A stretch of DNA of 64,000 bases. Source: Eledone cirrhosa (lineage: Eukaryota). Each line of letters starts with the position of its first letter. Position 1 is the stretch's first letter. This document shows, piece after piece, positions 10,943 to 23,600 of the stretch. The notes under the pieces were generated by a model. That model searched no databases and had not been told where the DNA came from. It worked only from the letters and a program-made list of their open reading frames with translations. The DNA lies in the NCBI GenBank assembly GCA_964016885.1, contig OZ024742.1:342116001-342180000 (forward strand), read 5' to 3'. The position numbers and the translations under genes are program-made.

Positions 10943-11180
10943 AGGTGTTAAGGTGCAGGTTAATTGCATCCGTAGGTGGTATGCCAGATGAGCACTCGAT
11001 GCTCTTGGGGAGCAGATATCAATAGTATTAATATATAAGGGAACAAAGGAGCAGTGTTGCATCATATACATATTTAATTACATATTACATATGTTTCACT
11101 GTCGATCAGCTCAAGGAACAATCTATTAATGATCGAACCTGACTCGGAAATCAGAAACTCCTCAGACATGTAGACTCACG
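10943..11180 (-). mobile_element. Short TA-flanked, hammerhead-bearing repeat (Penelope-like pseudo-LTR / retrozyme-like remnant)
   Basis: A ~240-bp unique block bounded on both sides by (TA)n, with HHR-3 near its minus-strand 5' end. The family assignment is inferred only from the known link between minimal hammerheads and Penelope-like elements. Confidence 0.45.
11079..11172 (-). ncRNA. Type I hammerhead ribozyme motif with enlarged, branched stem II (HHR-3)
   Basis: Minus strand reads UACAUGU-CUGAGGA-[~60 nt containing hairpins CUGAUU/AGUCAG and UCGAUCA/UGAUCGA]-GAAA-CAUAUG-UA^-AUAUGUA. It has a 7-bp stem I, a palindromic stem III and a GUA triplet. Confidence 0.7.
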
Positions 11181-11191
11181 TATATATATAT

Positions 11192-11457
11192 AACAATACG
11201 TCGTGCAGCATAGTAATTACAGCATGTGTGTGTATATATATATATATATATACACACACCGATTGAACCTGGGATAAACATATATATATATATATGTGTG
11301 TGTTTATCCCGGGTTCAATCAATGTGTCATCATTTCATCATCATCATCATTTCATTTTACGTCCACTTTTTCCCGACTTGCAAGGGTGGGACACAAGGGT
11401 GGGACATATATATATACACACACATGCTGCAATTACTATGCTGCACGACGTATTGTT
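11192..11457. repeat. Nested inverted repeats (~50 bp: 11192-11242 / 11406-11457; ~27 bp: 11254-11280 / 11301-11327)
   Basis: AACAATACGTCGTGCAGCATAGTAATTACAGCATGTGTGTG matches its reverse complement ending at 11457 with 1 mismatch. GATTGAACCTGGGATAAACA matches TGTTTATCCCGGGTTCAATC across a TA run. Confidence 0.9.
11328..11405 (-). mobile_element. Extremely 5'-truncated RTE 3' end (copy-B subfamily)
   Basis: (CAT)n followed by TTTTACGTCCACTTTTTCCCGACTTGCAAGGGTGGGAC matches 1841-1891. The CAAGGGTGGGAC segment is duplicated at the junction. Confidence 0.85.
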
Positions 11458-11533
11458 TATGGGTGACAAATTATGATATCTAAATAAGATCTACATAGAA
11501 TCCACCACACTACACTGTTCTTCTATAATACAT

Positions 11534-11971
11534 TTAACCCTTTCATTACCATATTTCTAATAAAAAAAATAGCCCAAAATTTCGAAAATAATCAAGAATA
11601 TGGAGGGATTGAGTAACATAGCTAACTTTCTTGTTGTTAAATTGGTTTTTGGAGCATAACTTAACAAAGGTTCTTACATAAAATTATGATGAAAAACTTT
11701 ACATAAATATAAACTTAAAACCATTTTGTTACCATATTTCTAATGCAAAACACTACCTAGGGTTTCAAATAATTTTGAAAATAATCAAGAATTTGGATGG
11801 GTTTAATAAATTTAATTCATTGTTAAGTTGGTTTGGGGAACAGAAATTAACAAAGGTTCTCACATAAAATTATTTTGGAAGGTTTTAACATAAATATGAA
11901 CATTTTAAAATGGGCAGTGTGTATCATAGAAACTGAAACAGTTTCAGGTGGGTTGGTATAAAATTGGTTAA
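11534..11971. mobile_element. Old piggyBac-like MITE with a ~180-bp internal tandem duplication
   Basis: Begins TTAA|CCCTTTCATTACC and ends with degenerate GGTATAAAATTGG|TTAA. The module TTACCATATTTCTAA...GAAAATAATCAAGAAT...TTAACAAAGGTTCT.ACATAAAATTAT...ACATAAATAT occurs twice (from about 11534 and 11715). Confidence 0.5.
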
Positions 11972-12052
11972 TACAGCAAAACATAATGTTCTTTTATAGT
12001 ATATTTCATTCCTGTGTGGGATTCAGCATAATACTCTTCTATAAGACAGATA

Positions 12053-12371
12053 TATATTCATGAAGCCATAACTCCTGATGGATTCATTGGGATGCTGTAG
12101 TGACATATGACATTTTAAACCTTGTGGAGCCCATCCCTTCTCCAGGTCGAACACAGCTGATTCTTCCAGAGAAGGAGAGAGAGAGAGAGGAATAGAGTGG
12201 AAGGAGGAAAGAGATATTGAGAAAGTAAAATCAACCCTTGTACTGGTACTCTTTATTGGCCTCAAAAGAACAAAAGGCAAAATTGACCTCGGCAGGATTT
12301 GGAGAGAGCCGGAACAAATACCGCAAAGCATTCTATCCAACATTCTAATGACTCAGCCAATTCACTGCCTG
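12053..12371 (-). mobile_element. Diverged tRNA-type SINE insertion with 13-bp target-site duplication
   Basis: The minus strand starts GGCAGTGAATTGGCTGAGTCATTAGAATG...GCGGTATTT...AAATCCTGCCGAGGTCAATTTTGCCTTT...AGTACCAGT, resembling abundant octopus SINE heads (recalled, not searched). It is flanked by TATAAGACAGATA at 12040-12052 and 12372-12384. Confidence 0.65.
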
Positions 12372-12777
12372 TATAAGACAGATAATAAAGACAAAATATT
12401 TGTATGTTTACATATTTTATTTTAGTTACAATATAAGTACTGTATGAAATTTAATCGAGTTTTTGTTTTTGATTTTGAGACTGATGCACTGCTTGCTTCA
12501 ATTGAGGAAGGAAGCCTCTGCATAGCCATTCAGTTGCTAGATATAGCAGCGAAATCTCTCTCAAATCACACCCCATCATATAAAAATATAACAAAAAAAA
12601 AAAAAAGAGAAATAAGAAATAAGAAAGACAATAAATGATGTCGTCCATATATCTATGTCTGAATAAATAACATGATGGTCATGTTTGGAATGTCTTTCAT
12701 TTGCTGAATCTAGGGTGACCTTGGGCTAAACAACAACAGTGATACAAAAGTTTTTGTTGTTGAACATTTGTATTTTA

Positions 12778-12830
12778 TGTGTATGTATGTATATATATGC
12801 ATACACACACTTATATATATGCGTGTGTGT

Positions 12831-12873
<43 letters not shown>

Positions 12874-13084
12874 TGTGTGTACGTATATGTGTATGTATGT
12901 ATATGCACACATGTTTATGTATATATGTATGTGTCAGTGTATATATATATATTTGTATATGTATGTATATGCACACATACTTATATATATGTATGTGTGT
13001 GTGTATATATATATGTGTATGTATGTATATGCACACACACCTATATGTATGAGTGTATATATATATATATATAATATGTGTATA
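12778..13084. repeat. Compound (TA)/(TG)/(TATG) microsatellite
   Basis: Low-complexity alternating purine-pyrimidine tract with the recurring motif GTATGTATGTATATGCACACA. Confidence 0.9.
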
Positions 13085-13382
13085 TTTAATGTGGTGTTAA
13101 TCTTCAGTTTCATAAACCAATTTTAAAGAATGGATACACAGCCTGGAATGTTTTTGTAAAATCTTTATATAAATATTTTTATTTTAGTTTTTTTTTTAAC
13201 TATTAAATTCCCCAAATATTTTCAGACACTTTTCCTTCATTAGAAATAGTGGTAATTATATTTTAATTTATTTTATTTCATGCATTTAAATTTGTCTTAT
13301 GATTTTTTTTATTAACTTTTTATTATTATTTAGTTATATTTATTCAATGATTTATTTGTTTATTTTTAATCAAACTTATGCT

Positions 13383-13663
13383 TATATATATATATATAAT
13401 ATATATGATTATATACATACATATATATATATATATATTTATACACATACATAGATACATACATACATACATAGATATATATACATGCATACATAATTAT
13501 ACACATAGATAGATATATACATACATACATACATATACATACATACATACATACATACATACATACATACATACATACATACATACATACAATTGAATGT
13601 GGTGCCCCAGCATAGCTGCAGTTCAACGACTGACAAAAGTTAAAAGAACACACACACACACAC

Positions 13664-13703
<40 letters not shown>
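13383..13703. repeat. (TA)n, (CATA)n and (CA)n microsatellites
   Basis: Visible simple repeats, including a pure (CATA)n at about 13537-13590 and (TA)n at 13667-13703. Confidence 0.9.
13591..13648 (+). mobile_element. Probable SINE 3'-end fragment embedded in microsatellite
   Basis: GGTGCCCCAGCATAGCTGCAGTTCAACGACTGACAAAAGTTAAAAGAA resembles a common octopus SINE tail (recalled, not searched). Confidence 0.45.
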
Positions 13704-13707
<4 letters not shown>

Positions 13708-13950
13708 CATCATCATATATATATTTTCGAGGGGAATACAAAATAATCTTTCTAATTAAAAATTTTGAATATAAACTACTATCACTACTACTACCACTAT
13801 TACTACTACTACAGTTTCCACTATAACATTATTATTATTTTAGTATAGTAATTTTTATGATAATAATAGTAATGAGAAATATGCTAGTAATTTTCATTGT
13901 TGTATTATTATTATTTTTATTATTATTTTTTTAATTATTATTATTAAATT

Positions 13951-14077
13951 AAAATACCAGTAAAGTACTGGGGTCGATATAATCGACTTTCCCCTCCCCC
14001 CAAAATTTCTGGCCTTGTGCCTATAGTAGAAATCATTATTATTATTATTATTATTACTATTATTATTATTACTATTA
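13951..14077 (+). mobile_element. SINE 3'-end fragment with (ATT)n tail
   Basis: TACCAGTAAAGTACTGGGGTCGATATAATCGAC..CCCCTCCCCCCAAAATTTCTGGCCTTGTGCC followed by (ATT)n. It shares the TACCAGT motif with the SINE at about 12240-12250. Confidence 0.6.
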
Positions 14078-14382
14078 AAATTTTTTTCACATATTTTCAT
14101 TCATATGAAAATATGTTTTCCTTCTTTGATTATAGTTTTGTTTTCTGAAATGTAAAAAAAAAATATTTTTTCCAAAAATATAAATAAATTTTGTTCTGTT
14201 TTCTTCATTTCATTTCATCTGACACTTAAAAAAAATAATAATAATAAACAAAACAAAGAAATTTTTTCTTATGTTTTCTGCAATGTTTTTCCGCACTGTT
14301 CTCAATGTTTTCTCTAGAGTTTTCCACACTGTTTTCCACAATGATCAAAATGATCAGAATCTTTCAAAATTACCCCCTCAAG

Positions 14383-14546
14383 CTACCTCTTGTCTTTTTG
14401 CCCATAGAAAGTAAAATATCGTGCATATTCCTGTGACTTCACAGTCGTTGCACTAACTGCACTTCTTGGGTAGAGAATGTCTGCACGAGGAGACCATGTC
14501 CGATTGTAGGGATCGTAGCATTCCACAGTTGATATTACAGTTTGAC
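14383..14546 (-). CDS. Terminal coding exon of a Kelch-repeat (BTB-Kelch, KLHL10-like) gene
   Basis: A polypyrimidine tract and acceptor TTTTATTTCATATTTTATTTTTCAG| precede 14546 (phase 1). The exon encodes (G)QTVISTVECYDPYNRTWSPRADILYPRSAVSATTVKSQEYARYFTFYGQKDKR*, with TAG at 14385-14383. VECYDP...W...RSA is the last Kelch blade, and the RSA(V/L)S end resembles KLHL10. Upstream exons are outside the window. Confidence 0.85.
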
Positions 14547-14672
14547 CTGAAAAATAAAATATGAAATAAAAGAGAATTTTAGTGAGATACATTCTGGAAG
14601 GTTCTATGGTCATATATAAGGGCCCCTTGAGACTATTGTAATAGTGGTAGAAGAGTCAGAGAGAAGATACAG

Positions 14673-17600
14673 GAAATATATGAGCTACAGTGGCGTTAAA
14701 TATATGAGATCCAGTGATATGAAGTATGTCAGCTCCAGTGGTATGAAGTATGTGATCTACAGTGATATGAAGTATGTGATCTCCAGTGGTATGAAGTATG
14801 TGATCTCCAGTGGTATGAAGTATGTCAGCTCCAGTGGTATGAAGTATGTGATCTACAGTGGTATGAAATATGTCAGCTCCAGTGGTATGAAATATGTCAG
14901 CTCCAGTGGTATGAAGTATGTAATCTCCAGTGGTAAGAAGTATGTCAGCTCCAGTGGTATGAAGTATGTGATCTACAGTGGTATGAAGTATGTGATCTCC
15001 AGTGGTATGAAGTATGTGATCTACAGTGGTATGAAGTATGTGATCTACAGTGGTATGAAGTATGTGATCTACAGTGGTATGAAGTATGTGATCTACAGTG
15101 GTATGAAGTATGTCAGCTCCAGTGGTATGAAGTATGTGATCTACAGTGATATGAAGTATGTGATCTCCAGTGGTATGAAGTATGTCAGCTCCAGTGGTAT
15201 GAAGTATGTGATCTCCAGTGGTATGAAGTATGTGATCTACAGTGGTATGAAGTATGTTAGCTCCAGTGGTATGAAGTATGTGATCTACAGTGATATGAAG
15301 TATGTGATCTCCAGTGGTATGAAGTATGTCAGCTCCAGTGGTATGAAGTATGTTAGCTCCAGTGGTATGAAGTATGTGATCTACAGTGGAATGAAGTATG
15401 TCCGCTCCAGTGGTATGAAGTATGTCAGCTCCAGTGGTATGAAGTATGTGATCTACAGTGGTATGAAGTATGTGATCTCCAGTGGTATGAAGTATGTGAT
15501 CTCCAGTGGTATGAAGTATGTGATCTCCAGTGGTATGAAGTATGTGATCTACAGTGGTATGAAGTATGTGATCTACAGTGGTATGAAGTATGTGATCTCC
15601 AGTGGTATGAAGTATGTGATCTCCAGTGGTATGAAGTATGTGATCTACAGTGGTATGAAGTATGTGAGCTCCAGTGGTATGAAGTATGTGATCTACAGTG
15701 GTATGAAGTATGTGATCTACAGTGGTATGAAGTATGTGATCTCCAGTGGTATGAAGTAGGTGATCTCCAGTGGTATGAAGTATGTGATCTACAGTTGTAT
15801 GAAGTATGTGATCTACAGTGGTATGAAGTATGTGATCTCCAGTGGTATGAAGTATGTGATCTCCAGTGGTATGAAGTATGTGATCTCCAGTGGTATGAAG
15901 TATGTGATCTACAGTGGTATGAAGTATGTGATCTACAGTGGTATGAAGTATGTGATCTACAGTGGTATGAAGTATGTGAGCTCCAGTGGTATGAAGTATG
16001 TGATCTACAGTGGTATGAAGTATGTGATCTACAGTGGTATGAAGTATGTGATCTCCAGTGGTATGAAGTATGTGATCTCCAGTGGTATGAAGTATGTGAT
16101 CTACAGTGGTATGAAGTATGTGAGCTCCAGTGGTATGAAGTATGTGATCTCCAGTGGTATGAAGTATGTGATCTCCAGTGGTATGAAGTATATGATATCC
16201 TGTGGTATGAAGTATGTCAGCTCCAGTGGTATGAAGTATGTGATATTCTGTGGTATGAAGTATGTGATCTCCAGTGGTATGAAGTATGTGATATCCTGTG
16301 GTATGAAGTATGTCAGCTCCAGTGGTATGAAGTATGTGATCTACAGTGGTATGAAGTATGTGATCTACAGTGGTATGAAGAATGTGATCTACAGTGGTAT
16401 GAAGTATGTGATCTACAGTGGTATGAAGTATGTGATCTACAGTGGTATGAAGTATGTGATATCCTGTGGTATGAAGTATGTGATCTCCAGTGGTATGAAG
16501 TATGTGATCTACAGTGGTATGAAGTATGTGATCTCCTGTGATATGAAGTATGTCAGCTCCAGTGGTATGAACTATGTGATCTACAGTGGTATGAAGTATG
16601 TGATCTACAGTGGTATGAAATATGTAATCTCCTGTGATATGAAGTATGTCAGCTCCAGTGGTATGAAATATGTGATCTACAGTGGTATGAAGTATGTGAT
16701 CTACAGTGGTATGAAGTATGTGATCTACAGTGGTATGAAGTATGTGATCTACAGTGGTATGAAGTATGTGATCTCCAGTGGTATGAAGTATGTGATCTAC
16801 AGTGGTATGAAGTATGTGATCTACAGTGGTATAAAGTATGTGATCCCCAGTGGTATGAAGTATGTGATATCCTGTGGTATGAAGTATGTGATATCCTGTG
16901 GTATGAAGTATGTGATATCCTGTGGTATGAAGTATGTGATATCCTGTGGTATGAAGTATGTGATCTCCAGTGGTATGAAGTATGTCTGCTCCAGTGGTAT
17001 GAAGTATGTGATCTACAGTGGTATGAAGTATGTGATCTCCAGTGGTATGAAGTATGTGATCTCCAGTGGTATGAAGTATGTCAGCTCCAGTGGTATGAAG
17101 TATGTTAGCTCCTGTGGTATGAAGTATGTGATCTACAGTGGTATGAAGTATGTCAGCTCCAGTGGTATGAAGTATGTCAGCTCCAGTGGTATGAAGTATG
17201 TGATCTCCAGTGGTATGAAGTATGTGATCTCCAGTGGTATGAAGTATGTGATCTCCAGTGGTATGAAGTATGTGATCTCCAGTGGTATGAAGTATGTCAG
17301 CTCCAGTGGTATGAAGTATGTGATCTCCAGTGGTATGAAGTATGTGATCTACAGTGGTATGAAGTATGTGATATCCTGTGGTATGAAGTATGTGATCTCC
17401 AGTGGTATGAAGTATGTGATCTACAGTGGTATGAAGTATGTCAGCTCCAGTGGTATGAAGTATGTGATCTCCAGTGGTATGAAGTATGTGATCTACAGTG
17501 GTATGAAGTATGTGATCTCCAGTAGTATGAAGTATTTGATCTCCAGTGGTATGAAGTATGTCAGCTCCACTGTTTGAAGTATGTGATATCCTGTGGTATG

Positions 17601-20600
17601 AAGTATGTGATCTCCTGTGGTATGAAGTATGTTATCTACAGTGGTATGAAGTATGTCAGCTCCAGTGGTATGAAGTATGTGATCTACAGTGGTATGAAGT
17701 ATGTCAGCTCCAGTGGTATGAAGTATGTGATCTACAGTGGTATGAAGTATGTGATCTCCAGTGGTATGAAGTATGTGATCTACAGTGGTATGAAGTATGT
17801 GATCTACAGTGGTATGAAGTATGTGATCTACAGTGGTATGAAGTATGTGATTTACAGTGGTATGAAGTATGTAATCTCCAGTGGTATGAAGTATGTGATC
17901 TACAGTGGTATGAAGTATGTAATCTCCAGTGGTATGAAGTATGTTAGCTCCAGTGGTATGAAGTATGTGATATCCTGTGGTATGAAGTATGTCATCTACA
18001 GTGGTATGAAGTATGTGATCTCCAGTGGTATGAAGTATGTCATCTCCAGTGGTATGAAGTATGTGATCTACAGTGGTATGAAGTATGTAATCTCCAGTGG
18101 TATGAAGTATGTTAGCTCCAGTGGTATGAAGTATGTGATATCCTGTGGTATGAAGTATGTGATCTACAGTGGTATGAAGTATGTGATCTACAGTGGTATG
18201 AAGTATGTCAGCTCCAGTGGTATGAAGTATGTGATCTACAGTGGTATGAAGTATGTGATCTCCAGTGGTATGAAGTATGTGATCTACAGTGGTATGAAGT
18301 ATGTGATCTCCAGTGGTATGAAGTATGTGATATCCTGTGGTATGAAGAATGTCAGCTCCAGTGGTATGAAGTATTTGATATCCTGTGGTATGAAGTATGT
18401 GATCTCCAGTGGTATGAAGTATGTGATATCCTGTCGTATGAAGTATGTTAGCTCCAGTGGTAGGAAGTATGTGATCTACAGTGGTATGAAGTATGTGATC
18501 TACAGTGGTATGAAGTATGTGATCTACAGTGGTATGAAGTATGTGATCTCCAGTGGTATGACGTATGTGAACTACAGTGGTATGAAGTATGTGATCTCCA
18601 GTGGTATGAAGTATGTGATCTACAGTGGTATGAAGTATGTGATCTACAGTGGTATGAAGTATGTGATATCCTGTGGTATAAAGTATGTGATCTCCTGTGG
18701 TATGAAGTATGTGATCTCCAGTGGTATGAAGTATGTGATCTCCAGTGGTATGAAGTATGTGATATCCTGTGGTATGAAGTATGTCAGCTCCAGTGGTATG
18801 AAGTATGTGATATCCTGTGGTATGAAGTATGTGATCTCCAGTGGTATGAAGTATGTGATATCCTGTGGTATGAAGTATGTGATCTCCAGTGGTATGAAGT
18901 ATGTGATCTACAGTGGTATGAAGTATGTGATCTACAGTGGTATGAAGTATGTGATCTACAGTGGTATGAAGTATGTGATCTACAGTGGTATGAAGTATGT
19001 GATCTACAGTGGTATGAAGTATGTGATATCCTGTGGTATGAAGTATGTGATCTCCAGTGGTATGAAGTATGTGATCTACAGTGGTATGAAGTATGTGATC
19101 TCCTGTGATATGAAGTATGTCAGCTCCAGTGGTATGAACTATGTGTTCTACAGTGGTATGAAGTATGTGATCTACAGTGGTATGAAGTATGTGATCTCCT
19201 GTGATATGAAGTATGTCAGCTCCAGTGATATGAAATATGTGATCTACAGTGGTATGAAGTATGTGATCTACAGTGGTATGAAGTATGTGATCTACAGTGG
19301 TATGAAGTATGTGATCTACAGTGGTATGAAGTATGTGATCTCCAGGGGTATGAAGTATGTGATCTACAGTGGTATGAAGTATGTGATCTACAGTGGTATG
19401 AAGTATGTCAGCTCCAGTGGTATGAAATATGTGATATCCTGTGGTATGAAGTATGTGATCTCCTGTGGTATGAAGTATGTGATCTACAGTGGTATGAAGT
19501 ATGTGATATCCTGTGGTATGAAGTATGTGATATCCTGTGGTATGAAGTATGTGATCTCCAGTGGTATGAAGTATGTCAGCTCCAGTGGTATGAAGTATGT
19601 GATCTCCAGTGGTATGAAGTATGTGATCTCCAGTGGTATGAAGTATGTGATCTCCAGTGGTATGAAGTATGTGATATCCTGTGGTATGAAGTATGTGATC
19701 TACAGTGGTATGAAGTATGTGATCTACAGTGGTATGAAGTATGTGATCTACAGTGGTAAGACGTATGTGATCTCCTGTGGTATAAAGTATGTGATATCCT
19801 GTGGTATGAAGTATGTGATCTACAGTGGTATGAAGTATGTGATCTACAGTGGTATGAAGTATGTGATCTCCAGTGGTAAGACGTATGTGATCTCCTGTGG
19901 TATGAAGTATGTGATATCCTGTGGTATGAAGTATGTGATCTCCAGTGGTATGAAGTATGTGATATCCTGTGGTATGAAGTATGTGATCTCCAGTGGTATG
20001 AAGTATGTGATCTACAGTGGTATGAAGTATGTGATCTCCTGTGATATGAAGTATGTCAGCTCCAGTGGTATGAACTATGTGATCTACAGTGGTATGAAGT
20101 ATGTGATCTACAGTGGTATGAAGTATGTGATCTCCTGTGATATGAAGTATGTCAGCTCCAGTGGTATGAAGTATGTGATCTCCAGTGGTATGAAGTATGT
20201 GATCTCCAGTGGTATGAAGTATGTGATCTACAGTGGTATGAAGTATGTCAGCTCCAGTGGTATGAAGTATGTGATCTCCAGTGGTATGAAGTATGTGATC
20301 TCCAGTGGTATGAAGTATGTGATCTACAGTGGTATGAAGTATGTCAGCTCCAGTGGTATTAAGTATGTGATCTCCAGTGGTATGAAGTATGTGATCTCCA
20401 GCGGTATGAAGTATGTGATCTACAGTGGTATGAAGTATGTGATCTCCAGTGGTATGAAGTATGTGATCTACAGTGGTATGAAGTATGTGATCTACAGTGG
20501 TATGAAGTATGTGATCTACAGTGGTATGAAGTATGTGATCTACAGTGGTATGAAGTATGTGATCTCCAGTGGTATGAAGTATGTGATATCCTGTGGTATG

Positions 20601-23600
20601 AAGTATGTGATCTCCAGTGGTATGAAGTATGTGATCTACAGTGGTATGAAGTATGTCAGCTCCAGTGGTATGAAGTATGTGATCTACAGTGGTATGAAGT
20701 ATGTGATCTACAGTGGTATGAAGTATGTGATCTCCAGTGGTATGAAGTATGTGATCTCCAGTGGTATGAAGTATGTGATCTCCAGTGGTATCAAGTATGT
20801 GATATCCTGTGGTATGAAGTATGTGATATCCTGTGGTATGAAGTATGTGATCTCCTGTGGTATGAAGTATGTGATCTACAGTGGTATGAAGTATGTGATC
20901 TCCAGTGGTATGAAGTATGTGATCTCCAGTGGTATGAAGTATGTGATCTCCAGTGGTATGAAGTATGTGATATCCTGTGGTATGAAGTATGTGATCTCCT
21001 GTGGTATGAAGTATGTGATCTACAGTGGTATGATGTATGTGATCTACAGTGGTATGAAGTATGTGATCTCCTGTGGTATGAAGTATGTGATCTCCTGTGG
21101 TATGAAGTATGTGATCTCCAGTGGTATGAAGTATGTGATATCCTGTGGTATGAAGTATGTGATCTACAGTGGTATGAAGTATGTGATCTCCAGTGGTATG
21201 AAGTATGTGATCTCCTCTGATATGAAGTATGTCAGCTCCAGTGGTATGAAGAATGTGATCTACAGTGGTATGAAGTATGTGATCTACAGTGGTATGAAGT
21301 ATGTGATCTCCAGTGGTATGAAGTATGTGATATCCTGTGGTATGAAGTATGTGATCTCCAGTGGTATGAAGTATGTGATCTACAGTGGTATGAAGTATGT
21401 CAGCTCCAGTGGTATGAAGTATGTGATCTACAGTGGTATGAAGTATGTGATCTACAGTGGTATGAAGTATGTGATCTACAGTGGTATGAAGTATGTGATC
21501 TACAGTGGTATGAAGTATGTGATCTCCAGTGGTATGAAGTATGTGATCTCCAGTGGTATGAAGTATGTGATATCCTGTGGTATGAAGTATGTGATCTCCA
21601 GTGGTATGAAGTATGTGATCTCCAGTGGTATGAAGTATGTGATATCCTGTGGTATGAAGTATGTGATATCCTGTGGTATGAAGTATGTGATCTCCTGTGG
21701 TATGAAGTATGTGATCTACAGTGGTATGAAGTATGTGATCTCCTGTGGTATGAAGTATGGGATCTCCTGTGGTATGAAGTATGTGATCTCCAGTGGTATG
21801 AAGTATGTGATATCCTGTGGTATAAAGTATGTGATCTACAGTGGTATGAAGTATGTGATCTCCAGTGGTATGAAGTATGTGATATCCTGTGGTATGAAGT
21901 ATGTGATCTCCAGTGGTATGAAGTATGTGATCTCCAGTGGTATGAAGTATGTGATCTCCAGTGGTATGAAGTATGTGATATCCTGTGGTATGAAGTATGT
22001 GATCTCCAGTGGTATGAAGTATGTGATCTCCAGTGGTATGAAGTATGTGATATCCTGTGGTATGAAGTATGTGATATCCTGTGGTATGAAGTATGTGATC
22101 TCCTGTGGTATGAATTATGTGATCTACAGTGGTATGAAGTATGTGATCTCCAGTGGTATGAAGTATGTAATCTCCAGTGGTATGAAGTATGTGATCTCCA
22201 GTGGTATGAAGTATGTGATATCCTGTGGTATGAAGTATGTGATCTCCAGTGGTATGATGTATGTGATCTCCAGTGGTATGAAGTATGTGATCTCCAGTGG
22301 TATGAAGTATGTGATCTCCAGTGGTATGAAGTATGTGATCTACAGTGGTATGAAGTATGTGATCTCCAGTGGTATGAAGTATGTGATCTCCAGTGGTATG
22401 AAGTATGTGATCTAAAGTGGTATGAAGTATGTGATCTCCTGTGGTATGAAGTATGTGATATCCTGTGGTATGAAGTATGTGATATCCTGTGGTATGAAGT
22501 ATGTGATCTCCAGTGGTATGAAGTATGTGATATCCTGTGGTATGAAGTATGTGATATCTTGTGGTATGAAGTATGTGATCTACAGTGGTATGAAGTATGT
22601 GATCTACAGTGGTATGAAGTATGTGATCTCCAGTGGTATGAAGTATGTGATCTCCTGTGGTATGAAGTATGTGATCTACAGTGGTATGAAGTATGTCAGC
22701 TCCAGTGGTATGAAGTATTTGATCTCCAGTGGTATGAAGTATGTGATCTCCAGTGGTATGAAGTATGTGATCTACAGTGGTATGAAGTATGTCAGCTCCA
22801 GTGGTATGAAGTATGTGATCTCCAGTGGTATGAAGTATGTGATCTCCAGTGGTATGAACTATGTGAACTCCAGTAGTATGAAGTATGTGATATCCTGTGG
22901 TATGAAGTATGTGATCTCCAGTGGTATGAAGTATGTGATCTACAGTGTTATGAAGTATGTGATCTCCAGTGGTATGAAGTATGTGATCTCCAGTGGTAGG
23001 AAGTATGTGATCTCCAGTGGTATGAAGTATGTGATATCCTGTGGTATGAAGTATGTGATCTCCAGTGTTATGAAGTATGTGATCTACAGTGGTATGAAGT
23101 ATGTGAGCTCCAGTGGTATGAAGTATGTGATCTCCAGTGGTATGAAGTATGTGATTTCCAGTGGTATGAAGTATGTGATCTCCAGTAGTATGAAGTATGT
23201 GTTATCCTGTGGTATGAAGTATGTGATCTCCAGTGGTATGAAGTATGTGATCTCCAGTGGTATGAAGTATGTGATCTCCAGTGGTATGAAGTATGTGATC
23301 TACAGTGGTATGAAGTATGTCAGCTCCAGTGGTATGAAGTATGTGATCTCCAGTTGTATGAAGTATGTGATCTCCAGTGGTATGAAGTATGTGACCTACA
23401 GTGGTATGAAGTATGTGATATCCTGTGGTATGAAGTATGTGATCTCCAGTGGTATGAAGTATGTGATATCCTGTGGTATGAAGTATGTGATATCCTGTGG
23501 TATGAAGTATGTGATCTCCAGTGGTATGAAGTATGTTATATCCTGTGGTATGAAGTATGTGATATCCTGTGGTATGAAGTATGTGATCGCCTGTGGTATG

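Noticed and set aside
13780-14380. Polyadenylation signal of the Kelch gene
   Set aside because: AATAAA-like hexamers on the minus strand fall in AT-rich simple repeats, so none can be singled out without transcript data.
14547-14613. N-terminal part of ORF 14383..14613 (MTIEPSRMYLTKILFYFIFYFS)
   Set aside because: This is the intronic polypyrimidine tract read in frame. Kelch similarity starts only after the AG at 14548-14547.
14520-14720. Possible derivation of the satellite from the adjacent Kelch exon (shared ACAGT / GATAT words)
   Set aside because: Only 5-6-bp matches, which are expected by chance.
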